Positions 39,379 through 51,533 of a stretch of 64,000 nt of DNA are shown here, in pieces (position 1 is the stretch's first letter; each line of letters starts with the position of its first letter). This stretch comes from Magallana gigas (taxonomy: Eukaryota), in contig NC_088855.1 in the NCBI RefSeq assembly GCF_963853765.1, forward strand, positions 36,704,001-36,768,000. The letters are read 5' to 3'. Position numbers and translations under genes: made by a program. The notes under the pieces are model-generated. The model saw nothing but the letters and a program-made list of their open reading frames with translations, was not told the DNA's origin and did no database searches.

Positions 39379-39942
39379 TTAACTGTGCTGCGCACACATG
39401 TTGTGACACGTGGCCCTGCATCCAATGGAGATGTCCTCACACTCACAGTTACACGACTTCCCCTCATTCCAGACGCTACAAGCCATGGCTACACTGGTCA
39501 CTAGGGCTGTTATCACGATAACTACTAGGGCTAACCTGTGAAAGATTAAACGCACGTTATTGAAAATGAGGACAGTCATTATGCAGTAATGATAAAAAAT
39601 AAAATCATTATAGCTGTTGGGTTCTCTTATTTATAATAATATTGGTTTAGGTCGAGTATCTATGAATACATATTGTACGCTTTTCCTTAAATTGCTTAGA
39701 AGTTTAATCGAATACATGTATTCCCATATATGTTGTCAATTTATCGTTTCAAAACGCCTTTCTTTGCATTTGAAGCAATGAAATAAACAAGCTTAGTTTT
39801 CTTTTAAAAAAATTAATACATGTTAAATAAAACGAAAAATTATGAAAACTTAAAATATGTAAATTGTTAATTGTAAATTTGGATGCTATAAATCAAATGA
39901 ATTATTGAAACAATAGAATAACCTGATGACTCCTTTCCCCAT
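39379..39942 (-). CDS. Small secreted cysteine-rich peptide, 58 aa (MGKGVIRLALVVIVITALVTSVAMA-CSVWNEGKSCNCECEDISIGCRATCHNMCAQHS)
   Basis: Exon 39379-39535 has acceptor TTTCACAG|, a hydrophobic signal core, 7 Cys and a nearby AATAAA. Proposed first coding exon 39923-39942 (ATG...AG|GTTATT, phase 2) is less certain; the same CAG|GTTATT donor is used by ADCK5 exon 4. Confidence 0.7.
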
Positions 39943-41143
39943 TGTTATGGCTGTTTATTTTAAATACCTTGAAGAAATCTAGATAAGACACCAGAGACAT
40001 GTACAAATAGAACAAAGAATCATGCTGAGAACTAAAGACGTCCGACCGTACATGCATCTATACGTACAACAGAATAATGGTATTATTCCTTCTATGGATT
40101 ACTATGGATTACAGGAATTGCAAGAAAAGTTTATTTTGATATTCGGTATAAAATAAATACCAATCACCTTGACAATTTTTAGAACATCAACATTCATGCA
40201 TGCATTGAAAGTGTCCATTGATAATGGGAATTGAGGCCTACATTGCTATAAACTACAAACTATTTTATATTTACTGGCTGGGAGTATTATAAAATATTAT
40301 ATAGTATTTGTATAAATAGAAAATTCAGTTGTCTTGAAAGTACCTTCAAAACAAATTCAATATTTGTAAAACTTGCATTGATTAATATTGAGATAATGAG
40401 GTGGGGGTAAGGTTATTGACATAAACATATATTAGTTTACACCATGATAATTCCCCATTAATATTTGAATTATGTAATCTTATTGAATGTTATGTATAAT
40501 AATTTACATGTATAACATGCAAAGTAGATATTACATGTATACAAATGTTGTACGAGATAAACAACTGAAAAGAAAAAATATTAAAAGGAGTTGGGGACAA
40601 GCCTGATTGATATGACATGACTTAAGTTGTGGTTTATCGCGAAGTCTCGTTACAACTGAGAAATCTCGATGGGACGTTGAACATCACACAATCAATATAG
40701 AGGATGTATAATAATCAATGGTTTAAAAAAAAAGTATACGCATACAAAACACGCATGAAATATAAGTTTACTCTTATATAAAGCAAAAGAAAAAATACAA
40801 AAATTTTATTGTTATTAATCATGCAATATTCTTAAAATAAAAATCTAAGATCTAAAATTTTTCCAATTCCCCAAAAAGGAGACATAGATCTGATATATGT
40901 ACACGTACATGTACATCATATAAAGGATATTTTGGGAATATGCATTTAGAATGTCATCTGTATAATGTGACCGTCTAGAGCTATAAAATACAATACCTTT
41001 TTATTCTATACAGTATTAGATTCTTTAAAAAAAAAATGATAATGTACACAGACATATTATATCAGTATCAAAACGTTTCGAGATGCTTTTACATGTACAA
41101 AAAAATGTAATATATTAAAAGTGATTTTGCGTCATATATTATA

Positions 41144-41287
41144 CAAATATTGACTGGGGTTGAGGGCAACATTGATTATATTAGCCCCCGAGGGACGAAA
41201 TATTGCCCGACGCGAAGCGGAGGGCAATATTTTCGTCCCAAGGGGGCTAATATAATCAATGTTGCCCGAAAACACAGTCAACATTTG
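41144..41287. repeat. About 144-bp imperfect palindrome, probably the end of a non-autonomous element extending to about 41800
   Basis: GGGCAACATTGATTATATTAGCCCC...TATTGCCC-gacgcgaagcgga-GGGCAATA...GGGGCTAATATAATCAATGTTGCCC; second palindrome aaaaatattgaccggtcaatattttt near 41707. Confidence 0.8.
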
Positions 41288-42955
41288 TTTTGTTATATGA
41301 AGAAACAAACCAAAATTTAAGAAAGTAATTGAAAACAGATCGCCGTAATTTTCTCAGCTCAACAAAGAATTCACGAATTCAATTTTGTGCAAAGTTCATT
41401 TCCAAAATATCCTCAGCATAAAACGGTCACTGGTGATATTCCGCCGACCGGAAGAATTAAAATACAGATGTTCTACCTGATTTTACTTCACAGTGATTCG
41501 CAAATCCTTATATCCGTTATGATAGCAAACCGTCGCATTGCGCGTCCGTTGTTTACTTGCCTTGACTGACTGTCTATTATGACGTCACCTTGTTTTGGAG
41601 TCGCGAAGAGTTATTTACGTCATCGTTTACGAATCAACAAATCAGAGGCGATTATTTGAAATAGAGGGAATGTTCTCTAGATATTATTCCTAGCCAGTCA
41701 ATATCAAAAAAATATTGACCGGTCAATATTTTTCGGACGAGCTAATATTACAGTTATTGACTATTTGTCTATATAGAGTTATATAGTGAGAATATACTAC
41801 TGAATATAACAAAATGTTTTATCTTCTAACGTTATATTGGGTATGGCAGGATATATAAATTTCAAACATAGTACTTAGCAAAAATGAGTCGGCGGCGAAT
41901 TTTTTTCATTTATAACACAGAAAATACATGTAAAGAAAAATTTTTAAAAAATGAGAGGAAAAAAATTATCTCCATTAAATACAAATATGAAAAAAACCCC
42001 AATGTGATTTAATTGGCAAATATTTAAATTGTCGATGACTCTCGTGATATTAACAAAATTGGTACCTGCCTACTCCCATCGAACGGCACGAGTTAATGTC
42101 CCTGAGAAGAGTTCTTTTGATAGAGAAGGTTAAAAACGTTGAGGTTATACAACGACGGTCCGAACTCCGATGTCTGTCTGCTTGTGGTTGACCATATCCA
42201 TGAACTGGATCAAGGTAACAATTTTACAAAAAAGGATTTGTGTTATAATGCGAAAAAATGAGAAGCATTCAGAATTTAGAAATAGGCCTAAAACCCACCC
42301 CAAACATACTGATAATAACTGATGAAACAGTGCATACATGCAATGACAAACATATATGGCTAGAAATTAGTCCTGACTCTTGGCCTGTTATATATATATA
42401 TATATACATAATCATGATAATAGAACCAGAAGTAAAAAATCCAAATGTTGCATCTCAAAACCCTTTATTCATTGCTTTGGTTCAAATAATTTCTTTCAAC
42501 ATAGTGAACATACCAGGGACATAATTATGTAATACTAGAATATATAGAGAGTATATAAACAACTGATAAATCCCTGAACATACTTAATTATCCTTTCTCA
42601 AATAATTTTTTACGATAAATTGGTTTATATGGTGATTTAATTGCAAAGATATTATTGATTAATATTTTTGAAAAGCATGCCTTGCTACATGTAATATTGG
42701 GTACATAAATGATAACTAAAAGTCATATTTTGTTCTCCATGCAATATGAATTTATTGAATAATCCACAATCTGAAACTTTAAAAACTTTTAATGACTGTA
42801 TAAATAACTGTATTTGGATGACTTTGATTGATTATTGCCCAAGATTAATTACAATTGTTTAAAACTGATCTCTGATTTTCTAAACCTAAAATTCACAAAT
42901 ACTCTTATTGCTTAACAGACCAACTAAGGAATCATTAATATCTTATGTGTAACAA

Positions 42956-45900
42956 ATGGAGAAACTTGTGCTGAGATCCTGCATCAAATGCCAGTCATTA
43001 AGGTTCTTCTCCTCACCTACTCAACTTTCTACTCATTGGGTCCACACAACCGCATCCTTGAGACAGAAGGCTGGCAGTGGCAAGGTTGGAGGCTGGAGGA
43101 GGATCAGACGTGGTCTGCTCTATGGAATCGGTGGTGCTACAGCCTCTGGTGGTATTCTGTATGCTATAGCAGATGAACCCCAAAGGCGCAAAGTACGGGT
43201 GCTTCTAGGAGGAATTAAAAGATTTTTTAGGTTAGAAATAAATCTACCAGGTAGATTTTGATTGTATACTAGCTGGTACATTTAGATGGGTTTTTGTGAA
43301 GGAAAATTTTAATGTTTTTCAATGAATTTAAAGTATTGGTATATATCAAAGTCTAAATGTAAAATATGCAATGGTGATTATAATTTTGTGGTAGAAATTT
43401 GAGTTGTTATACAATTTAACAATTTTAGCTTACAGGTACCTTGCAGCACATAATTTCAAACTATAAAATATATATATTATATAGTCACCAGGCAGTATCT
43501 ATCTCATCAAAATGCTGTAAGAATATATGCTAATTAAACTCTAGGAAATTATTCCTTTACCATATAGTAATGTAGATAATATTTTATGATTTTCAGGTCA
43601 CTTAAAATAGGAACACTGATTTCTCTTGATTACAAATATAACTTATGGGGCATAGCAGAAGACTCCGAAGAGTATAATGAATTAATAAAGCCTTGTCATA
43701 AGAGAGCGGCCGAGCGTCTACTTGAAGGATGTTTAGCAAATGGAGGCCTTTATGTAAAACTTGGACAAGGACTGGTGTCCATGAACCACATACTGCCCAG
43801 GGAATACCTGGAAACTCTGGTAGTTCTACAAGACAGAGCTCTTCCAAAGAAACCTCATGATGTGAGTTGCATATAGAGGATTAACAAATTTTGAACATCC
43901 TGTAACCCTTTGACTTAAGAATTAATTTGCTGCGCACATCTTCCAATTTTATAAGATTAACTTTTACATTCTCTCATTGTTTTGATCATATTAAACTAGT
44001 CAGACAAAACATAAAATTCCTCTAATAGATTTTCTATCTCTTTGTAAGAATTCATTTTTTTAAAAACTGTTTGTGAAGTGTCTGTGTCAGGAAAGAGATT
44101 TTTAATACTTTAAGTGGAGGAGTCAGACCTGATAGAGATAAAATTCTAATGAGATGAAACGTAGTACTGGTAGTCTGACATGAGCATGTTCTGAAAAAAG
44201 AAATAATTACTTCAAGTGGAGTGTCTGATATAATTTCAGATAGAGCAGCTATTTCAAGAGGACTTTGGAAAACAACCTCAGGAATTTTTCAAGAAATTTG
44301 AAGAGGAGCCAATAGCGGCTGCCAGTCTAGCTCAGGTTCACAGAGCAGAGACTCATGATGGACAGCAAGTGGCTGTCAAGGTTGGTTGATTAATCTTACC
44401 AAGCTTGAAACAAAATAAAAGGCTGATAGTAAACCAGTGTTGAAAATTATAGCAAAAGTGTTCCAAAAATGATTCAGTTACATTGTTTTCCCTTACATCA
44501 GTCATGAAGATAAGGAAAAAATAGATTTTTGTTTTTATTCTGGTAATTTGCCTTGTAGTATTTTTTTGTGACTATATGCTTTATTACATATATTTCACAG
44601 TACGGTACATTTAATATTTTGAACATGAGCACCATGACTTATAAACGAATTGAAAATGTGTAATATTCTGTGAAATACAGGTTCAGTACATAGACCTACA
44701 GGACCGGTTTGCTGGTGATGTCTGGACCTGTGAACAGCTGTTGAAGTTGATTGGTTGGATGCATCCAAAGTTTGCATTTGCCTGGGTTTTGCAGGTTATT
44801 AAGTTTTCAGTTAAAAATAAATTTTACAGTAATATAATTACTGGTTAAAAAGTTGGTAATTCAGTCTTATGCATGTATTTTTCTTTCCTACAGGACTTAA
44901 AAGATACCTTAGTTCAGGAGTTAGACTTTGTGAATGAAGGAAAAAATTCTGAGAGATGTCAGAGCGATTTAAGCCATCTTAAATATGTATATGTGCCAAA
45001 AGTTCACTGGGACAAGACCTCAACTGTACGTACAAATGATTTACAAATTTGGTTTATTGAAATTAAGGTTACCATTTTCTTCTCATCTGCTAATCTATTA
45101 TAATTTCTGTCCATCCTTTTCTCTGCTTTGCTTTTGACCATCTTAATGTTTGGTCCATGATATCATCCTTTCACATCCATTCACCTCTATATATAGTGTC
45201 AGTAAAAGAAAACAAGTGTTTGATCTGTTGGATTTGTTATTTTCAGAGGGTGCTAACTGCAGAATTCATTGATGGGTGCAAGATTAGCAACAAAGATGCC
45301 ATAAAAAAAATGGGGCTTTCATTGTATGATGTAAGTTATTGAAAGATATACCGGTACTTATAACTAGTACTGTAATTAATTAATGCTATAGGTTAGCAGC
45401 AATGTACCCCATCTTTCTCCTGAACTAAAATAACCAGAGATTAAACTACATGTATGTAAAGAATGCAGATCTGTGCATGATAAAGTGTAATTCATGAGTA
45501 GGTTGCCTTATACAAATGTGTGTACAAAATGATTCCAGAATTTTGTTTTCTGTAGGTTGACCAGAAGCTATGCCGGGCGTTTGCCGATCAGATTTTCCTG
45601 TCTGGCTTTGTACACGCAGATCCACATCCAGGAAATGGTAAAAAAGTGTTAACAAATATATTAGTCATCCATTATTCTAATTACAAAAGCTCACTTTCAT
45701 TTTAATATGCCTTTGCTCTAATTATAAGAAATGTTAGTAAAACTTAGAACACAACTTACACAAGTGGAATTTTCCAGTATTGAGACATATTGTTGTCTTT
45801 AATGATGTTAAAAAAAATGTAGTAGTTTAATATTATTTTAATATACACACTCAACTGATATTTTTTCTTTCTTTTTTTTTTAGCAAGTTAAGAAAGCAGT

Positions 45901-48900
45901 GTTTCCTCTTTTTAATTGGGATGCTCAATTTTGACACTACCCTGTATTAAACAAAATATTACTCAAATTCTATAAGTGCCTTGAATTCTTTTTTGTATCC
46001 TTTACAGTGTTTATCAGAAAGGATGTGAAAGGTCAAGCCCAGCTAGTGTTATTGGACCATGGTCTGTACGACAAACTGACACAAGATGATAGACAGTCCC
46101 TGTGTAGTCTGTACAAGGCCATCGTACTCAACAAGGAAGACAACATGCAGAAATTCTCCAAGGCCCTAGGAGTGGATGGTAAATGATAGCTAGGGACAAA
46201 AAGGGCTGGACTATTTCAGATCAAATATCTTTGGGGTTTTCTTATGGGGGTAGGGGTGGATGGGTTTCTGTTTGAGAGTAGAGCGTAGTAGCACATACAT
46301 GTATTGTAAAGTGATAATACAGGGATGGTTTTGGTTGGGTGGTCAAGTACAAAAGCCCCAAAACATTACTGACACATCACAGAGACTGCTGTCTCTATAC
46401 ATGTTATGGGTTTTGGATTACACATATTCTTAAATTTATTGTTTGTTTATATAATTGTAATACATGTATTCATGAAGAATCTGTAATACACTGTAAATGT
46501 GTAATACACGGTATATGACTATTTGATGTACCGGTACAATTGCAAGTTAAGCTCTTACTGATAAATAATGGTATGGTATTACATGTATATGGTAATTGTT
46601 GTAAATATTGTTAATGCAATGTCAGAGAAAATCTTTACTTTTTGTTATAAATATTTCTTGCTTTTGATATACTTTGATATACTATAATTGATGGATGAAG
46701 GGAAACCTTTAGCTTGAAAATCTTATTTTGGCACTACAAGGGAAATAACTTGGGTGAATAGGTTTAGCCAGTGACATACATGCAAATGTATTTTCCTATA
46801 TTCAGTACAATATACAATGTATCTGCAATGTTTGAATATGATAATATATTCTTACTAAGTATATATTCATATGTATTTACCATTTATTTCTGCTTGTTAA
46901 AATATACCATATTTCATTTCAGATCATGGAAAAAATTAAACCACACTTTTACACATGATGAGGCGTACCATCCATCATAAACTAACTTCAATTCTGTTTA
47001 CTTTTATTAGACTACCAGGTATTCTGTCTCCTCACCAAACAAGGTCGGGTGCAGTTTGACAAGGCCCCTCCTTTATTTCGACACAAAATTTTGTCCAAGA
47101 AGGAATATTACGAGCTCTCTCCCGAAGTCAAGGCTGAGTGGCTGGAGGATTACCATGCTCTGCATGAGCGAATCCGTCTAGTGTTAAGACAGATGCCTAC
47201 TGGTCTTTTCTTTATTTTTAGGTATTAAACCATAAAAAAACTCTTCTTCCTGTATAATCCGTAAAATGCCAGATTGAAGTTAACTTACTGTATACAGCTT
47301 TAAATCTTTGCCATCTTTTTTAATTTAAAACTTTTGTTAATTCATGAATTACATCCCTTAAAATTTGAATTTTTTGAGTTTTGAACAACATGTATTTGAA
47401 TTTAAAGACGTTTTTTAAAAAAAAATTTAAGTGCAGTATTATATTAACAAGTGTAATTAATGTACCATCTAAAATGGTAATTGCAATATAAGTAAAGTTG
47501 TATATAGTATTTTATATGTTGATTAAAATCACAATTTTAGTGTGTGTGGTTTTGCAATGCTGTAAATGTGGGATTAAAATTAAAAGATGTAGACTGTATT
47601 CATGGATATTTCCAAGTGCTGTTAATCAAAGGAATCCAAAATGAAAACAATTACCATATACAGGGAGATTATTTATACCTTAATTTACCGGTAGTGCTAT
47701 TTAAATAAATAGCCTCGTGCAGAGTATACCATGTTTATAGTTTGTTAATTAATTTGTTTGTTTTAATTTTAACATATCATTTTAGTTTTTATGCTCATGC
47801 ATGCAAATTAGTAAGCTACCTGGTATAGGTCTCATATCAAACCAGATTTACAGCAATGCAAATACGAAAAATTTTTCTCACTGGTATAATGAAATAAGCA
47901 TTTTTTAAAAATAAGTTTTCATTAAAAGTTTCAGGTCTGCTTGGCGGAATTGCAGAGTTTATTTATTTTAATTAATTAGAGCAAGGACATTAAATTGGAA
48001 ATTATAGTTCATGAATGATGGATTTCAATGCTGTATGTTTTAGATCACGATGTATTTTGTGAAATTCTGGTCCAGCGTCCTGTTAGTAGGTCGTCTACTT
48101 ATTTGCCAAGTCACATGACCAAAGAAGATCTCAAACATATGCAATATATGGCACAGAAACATTTTGATAAAATCATGCAAGTCTTAAAAGATATGCCCAG
48201 GCCTATCATACTTATAATTAGGTTAGTTTTTACACTTGTCTGCTTCTGCAAATTTTGCCCCATTTTGCTGAATGCTTATTTCGTTATATGAAGAGAAATT
48301 TCACTTGCATTAAAAATCTGCCAGTTGTGTGTTGTTTCACATTTCTTTATGCTGCTTGATCTGTATTCTAGGTTATCTGAATTTGCTCATTTTAATTATA
48401 TATAAAAGTAAAACATAATCTTTAAACTCTACCTAAGATATGAGAGCCAACATATTGTAAAATCCACAAATATAATGAATTTATAAGATTTACCATAAAA
48501 AAATTACTTTAAAAATATTTTATCCAATATGCTTTCAAACTATTATTGTTTATGTATTTTATCCAACATCCTATATTCCTAATATATCTTGAATATTTAT
48601 AGGAATATGAACACCATCAGGGCAATTTGTCAAGAACATGGTAATCTCATAGACAGATATGGGATTATGGCAAAAAGGTAAATTTTAGATTCAGCTGCAT
48701 TTTTACTTGTTGCCCTGGTATTTTTTTTAATAAAAACTTACTAAACAAAGAAATTTCAATTGGGTCCAACAATGGATTTTACTATGCAATTGAAAATAAA
48801 CCGAACATATTATCAGACCACTGTTAAAACAATAGTACTGGTATACAGTTCTATGTATCAGATAGCAGATCAACTTGTTGTTTAGAGACACTTAAATGTT

Positions 48901-49282
48901 TTGGATTTATCAGCATTCTTTATTAGATGATTACATGTACATTAAAATGGTAACATTGATGTGTTCAGAAAAAATTTCACTAGGATATCACTGATTTATT
49001 TTTTTCAGTGCCATACGAGGGGCACGGAAATTTGGTATACAGGATATCTCTTGGACGGGGAGGATCAAGGCTTGGCTAGAGATGATGAATTATGATTTCC
49101 GCATAAAAGCTGAAAACTTCAAAATATGGATAGGGATTGTTTATTTGCGTATTCTTGTTTGGTTAGGGAGAGTGCCATCTTTAGAAGAAATTCGATCAGT
49201 CATAGAAAAGGAACAGAAAAGGTATGAGTTCAGCAATAGTCCAAAAAATATAGATAATTTAAATATTAAAGTAAAGATATAA
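42956..49282 (+). CDS. ADCK5: aarF domain-containing kinase 5 (UbiB/ABC1 family), 11 coding exons per isoform; 596 aa (exon 9b) or 607 aa (exon 9a)
   Basis: Exons 42956-43230, 43597-43861, 44240-44380, 44681-44794, 44894-45025, 45247-45330, 45556-45637, 46008-46178, [47011-47221 or 48044-48221], 48603-48677, 49009-49282. Motifs [46 protein letters not shown]. Probable non-coding exon ending at 42214 with acceptor at 42918. Confidence 0.93.
47011..47221 (+). CDS. ADCK5: ADCK5 alternative exon 9a (divergent duplicate)
   Basis: 211 nt, no stop, TTTTATTAG|...AG|GTATT, phase 1 to 2; DYQVFCLL...[10 protein letters not shown]. Confidence 0.8.
48044..48221 (+). CDS. ADCK5: ADCK5 alternative exon 9b (canonical-like)
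   Basis: 178 nt, TTTTAG|...AG|GTTAG, phase 1 to 2; [14 protein letters not shown]...[10 protein letters not shown] resembles vertebrate ADCK5 as I recall it. Confidence 0.9.
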
Positions 49283-49290
49283 GATAGTTC

Positions 49291-49296
49291 AATAAA
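49291..49296 (+). terminator. AATAAA 9 nt after the ADCK5 stop
   Basis: Seen directly; usage unproven. Confidence 0.4.
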
Positions 49297-49301
49297 AATG
49301 C

Positions 49302-49420
49302 TAGCTGCAATAATGTAGCCCTCTTCAATTTTTTATATCTGATGTTTACTGGAGAGATGCTTACTCTCCCCCCCCCCCCCCCAAAAAAAAAATCGGGAGA
49401 GGGCTACATTATTGCAGCTA
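49302..49420. mobile_element. 119-bp MITE with perfect 23-bp TIRs and a near-perfect 9-bp TSD
   Basis: TAGCTGCAATAATGTAGCCCTCT / AGAGGGCTACATTATTGCAGCTA; flanks taaaaatgc and taaaaatgt. Confidence 0.85.
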
Positions 49421-49934
49421 TAAAAATGTATTTAATATGTATATTTACATTTTAGGTTAAATCCAGTGTGAAACAACAATGTAGGAACAAACTGATAAGA
49501 GTTTATTTATTTTATTTTGTGAATTTGTGAATTATTATATTTGTACATATTTTAAGACTGCTGTACTATCGGTATATGACCGAGCTATTTTTAAACATTA
49601 TGTACATGCATATGAATTTTTAATGATCCATGTTAAATCAGGGATAGAAATGACATGTTCTTGCATATCTTTGAAATGTCAGTAGACTGACAATTTCCAA
49701 AATTTTTTTAGTAGCACATGAAATGACTTAAGCCACAGGTCTATAATTATGCAAAATCCATTAACTTTAGCAAAAATTAATTTTTGAATGCTAGTACATT
49801 TTGTTCTCTTAAAAAAGAAAACTTTAAGTTTAGCTAGTAAAGTACTACAATAATTCTAAAAAGTTTTCCGATCAGGATATATTCTCTGTCGTTTATTTTT
49901 AATTTGAAAATTGTTTAAATGCCACAGAGGCATA

Positions 49935-50735
49935 CTGGTACTGTACCAGTTATCGGCTAAGACCAGTTATCGGCTAAACTGAGAGTTCGGGTTTATAGCA
50001 CGCGACTATCCGAGATTTTTCAATTCAGTCGTCTGTTTCGAATAAAGAAAAGTAAGTTTGCTTGAAAACTTTCTTAAATATGATTTAACCATGAGCTTGA
50101 ACGATCATTGTTTACCGCTGATTTACATCTTTGCACTTTCAGCAGTGGGGGAAGTGGCGTAATAAGTTAAAACTAGATTATAGCATCTTTGTGATACGTT
50201 ACCATATACCTTCTTTGATTTAAAATGATATCAATACATATTACATGTCCAAACAAAAGGAATTTATTAAACTCTAAGAGATTCATAGCGCAGTTGAACA
50301 CCTGATTGCACAATATTGTGTATTGAAAAGTCAACGATTTTGTGTACTATCGTATGATAACAAACGAATACCTGGGTAATTTTATGAATTTTGTTAATGT
50401 ATTATAACCCTTGCTACCTTTAGTCTGACCCAAAAAGGGCCATAATTCAAAGTACATTATGCAGAGTATCAAATCAAAATGTACAGGGATTTTACTATGT
50501 TATTATCGCAAAGCCGATAACTGATACAGTAAATTGTAAAACATGGCAAATTCGGGGCGTGCTAAAAAGCACTAAAACAATATGTTTTGAGTTCTTAACA
50601 ATGATATAATCTAACAGATGGATAAACAAGGAAATCACCATTTAACGTATGTCAAGTTTTATCCAAAAATATCAAGAAACAAGGAAATACAAAAAGAAAA
50701 CGTTAAATTTTAGCCAATAAGTGGTACAGTGCCAG
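49935..50735. mobile_element. 801-bp non-autonomous TA-TSD DNA transposon
   Basis: TA|CTGGTACTGTACCAGTTATCGGCTAA ... TTAGCCAATAAGTGGTACAGTGCCAG|TA (26-bp TIR, 3 mismatches). Confidence 0.8.
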
Positions 50736-51381
50736 TAAATTTGAATATAATATATATTTATTCAGAATGTTTGTTTGTTATACTTTGTGCATCTTTATTT
50801 ATAAATAAATTTTATAAGAGTAAAACATGCATACACTTACTTTAACCATCTTTTATCATGTCAGGTAATAAAAGTGATCATATTAAAAACTTGTTATTTT
50901 TGTGATATCATAATAAGAGTTCACATGCTCACAAGCACATGCAAGCACTTGTATGTGTTATGAATATTAACAGTATTCCATTGTATGATAGTGGCCATAT
51001 GATACACTTTACAAAACCGACATTATCACAGAAAAAAGTTCCAGTGTTACAGCATATGAAGCAGTCGGTGGATTGATTTTCATTGAAGTACTGATAATGA
51101 GTACATCTTAGTCATTTATGAAATATTGCATGGGTATGTAAAGTCATATCCACCATTTAAGATACCATGCTGTAAACATTACATTTGGCTATATATTCTA
51201 ATATTTACATTTTCCAGTGTCTTTGCCTGTGATAACGCTACGTGTCGATTTTGTACTACATGTATATAACCCATACCGGTAACTTCAAATGACGCCAAAT
51301 TGAGGTGCCAGCGGGGTTTGCTTATTTATATTTAAATATTTAATCGTACGATGGTTTAAAATAAATTATATAAATATTAGT

Positions 51382-51533
51382 AATAAGAAATCATTCTTTG
51401 AGTATTATGAGGTGATAATTTTGGTCGGGGTGTGATCAAATCTATCATAAAGCCCTAGCTTTTGGCTTTACTGAATTTGATCATGCCCGACCAAAATTAT
51501 CACCTCATAGTACTCAAAGAATGATTCCTTATT
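51382..51533. repeat. 152-bp palindrome of a non-autonomous element
   Basis: AATAAGAAATCATTCTTTGAGTATTATGAGGTGATAATTTTGGTCGGG...CCCGACCAAAATTATCACCTCATAGTACTCAAAGAATGATTCCTTATT. Confidence 0.85.

Noticed and set aside
46923-47010. Possible third ADCK5 exon-9 copy (starts DH, ends LFTFIR)
   Set aside because: In-frame TAA after five codons; the end similarity is explained by the polypyrimidine tract of the 9a acceptor.
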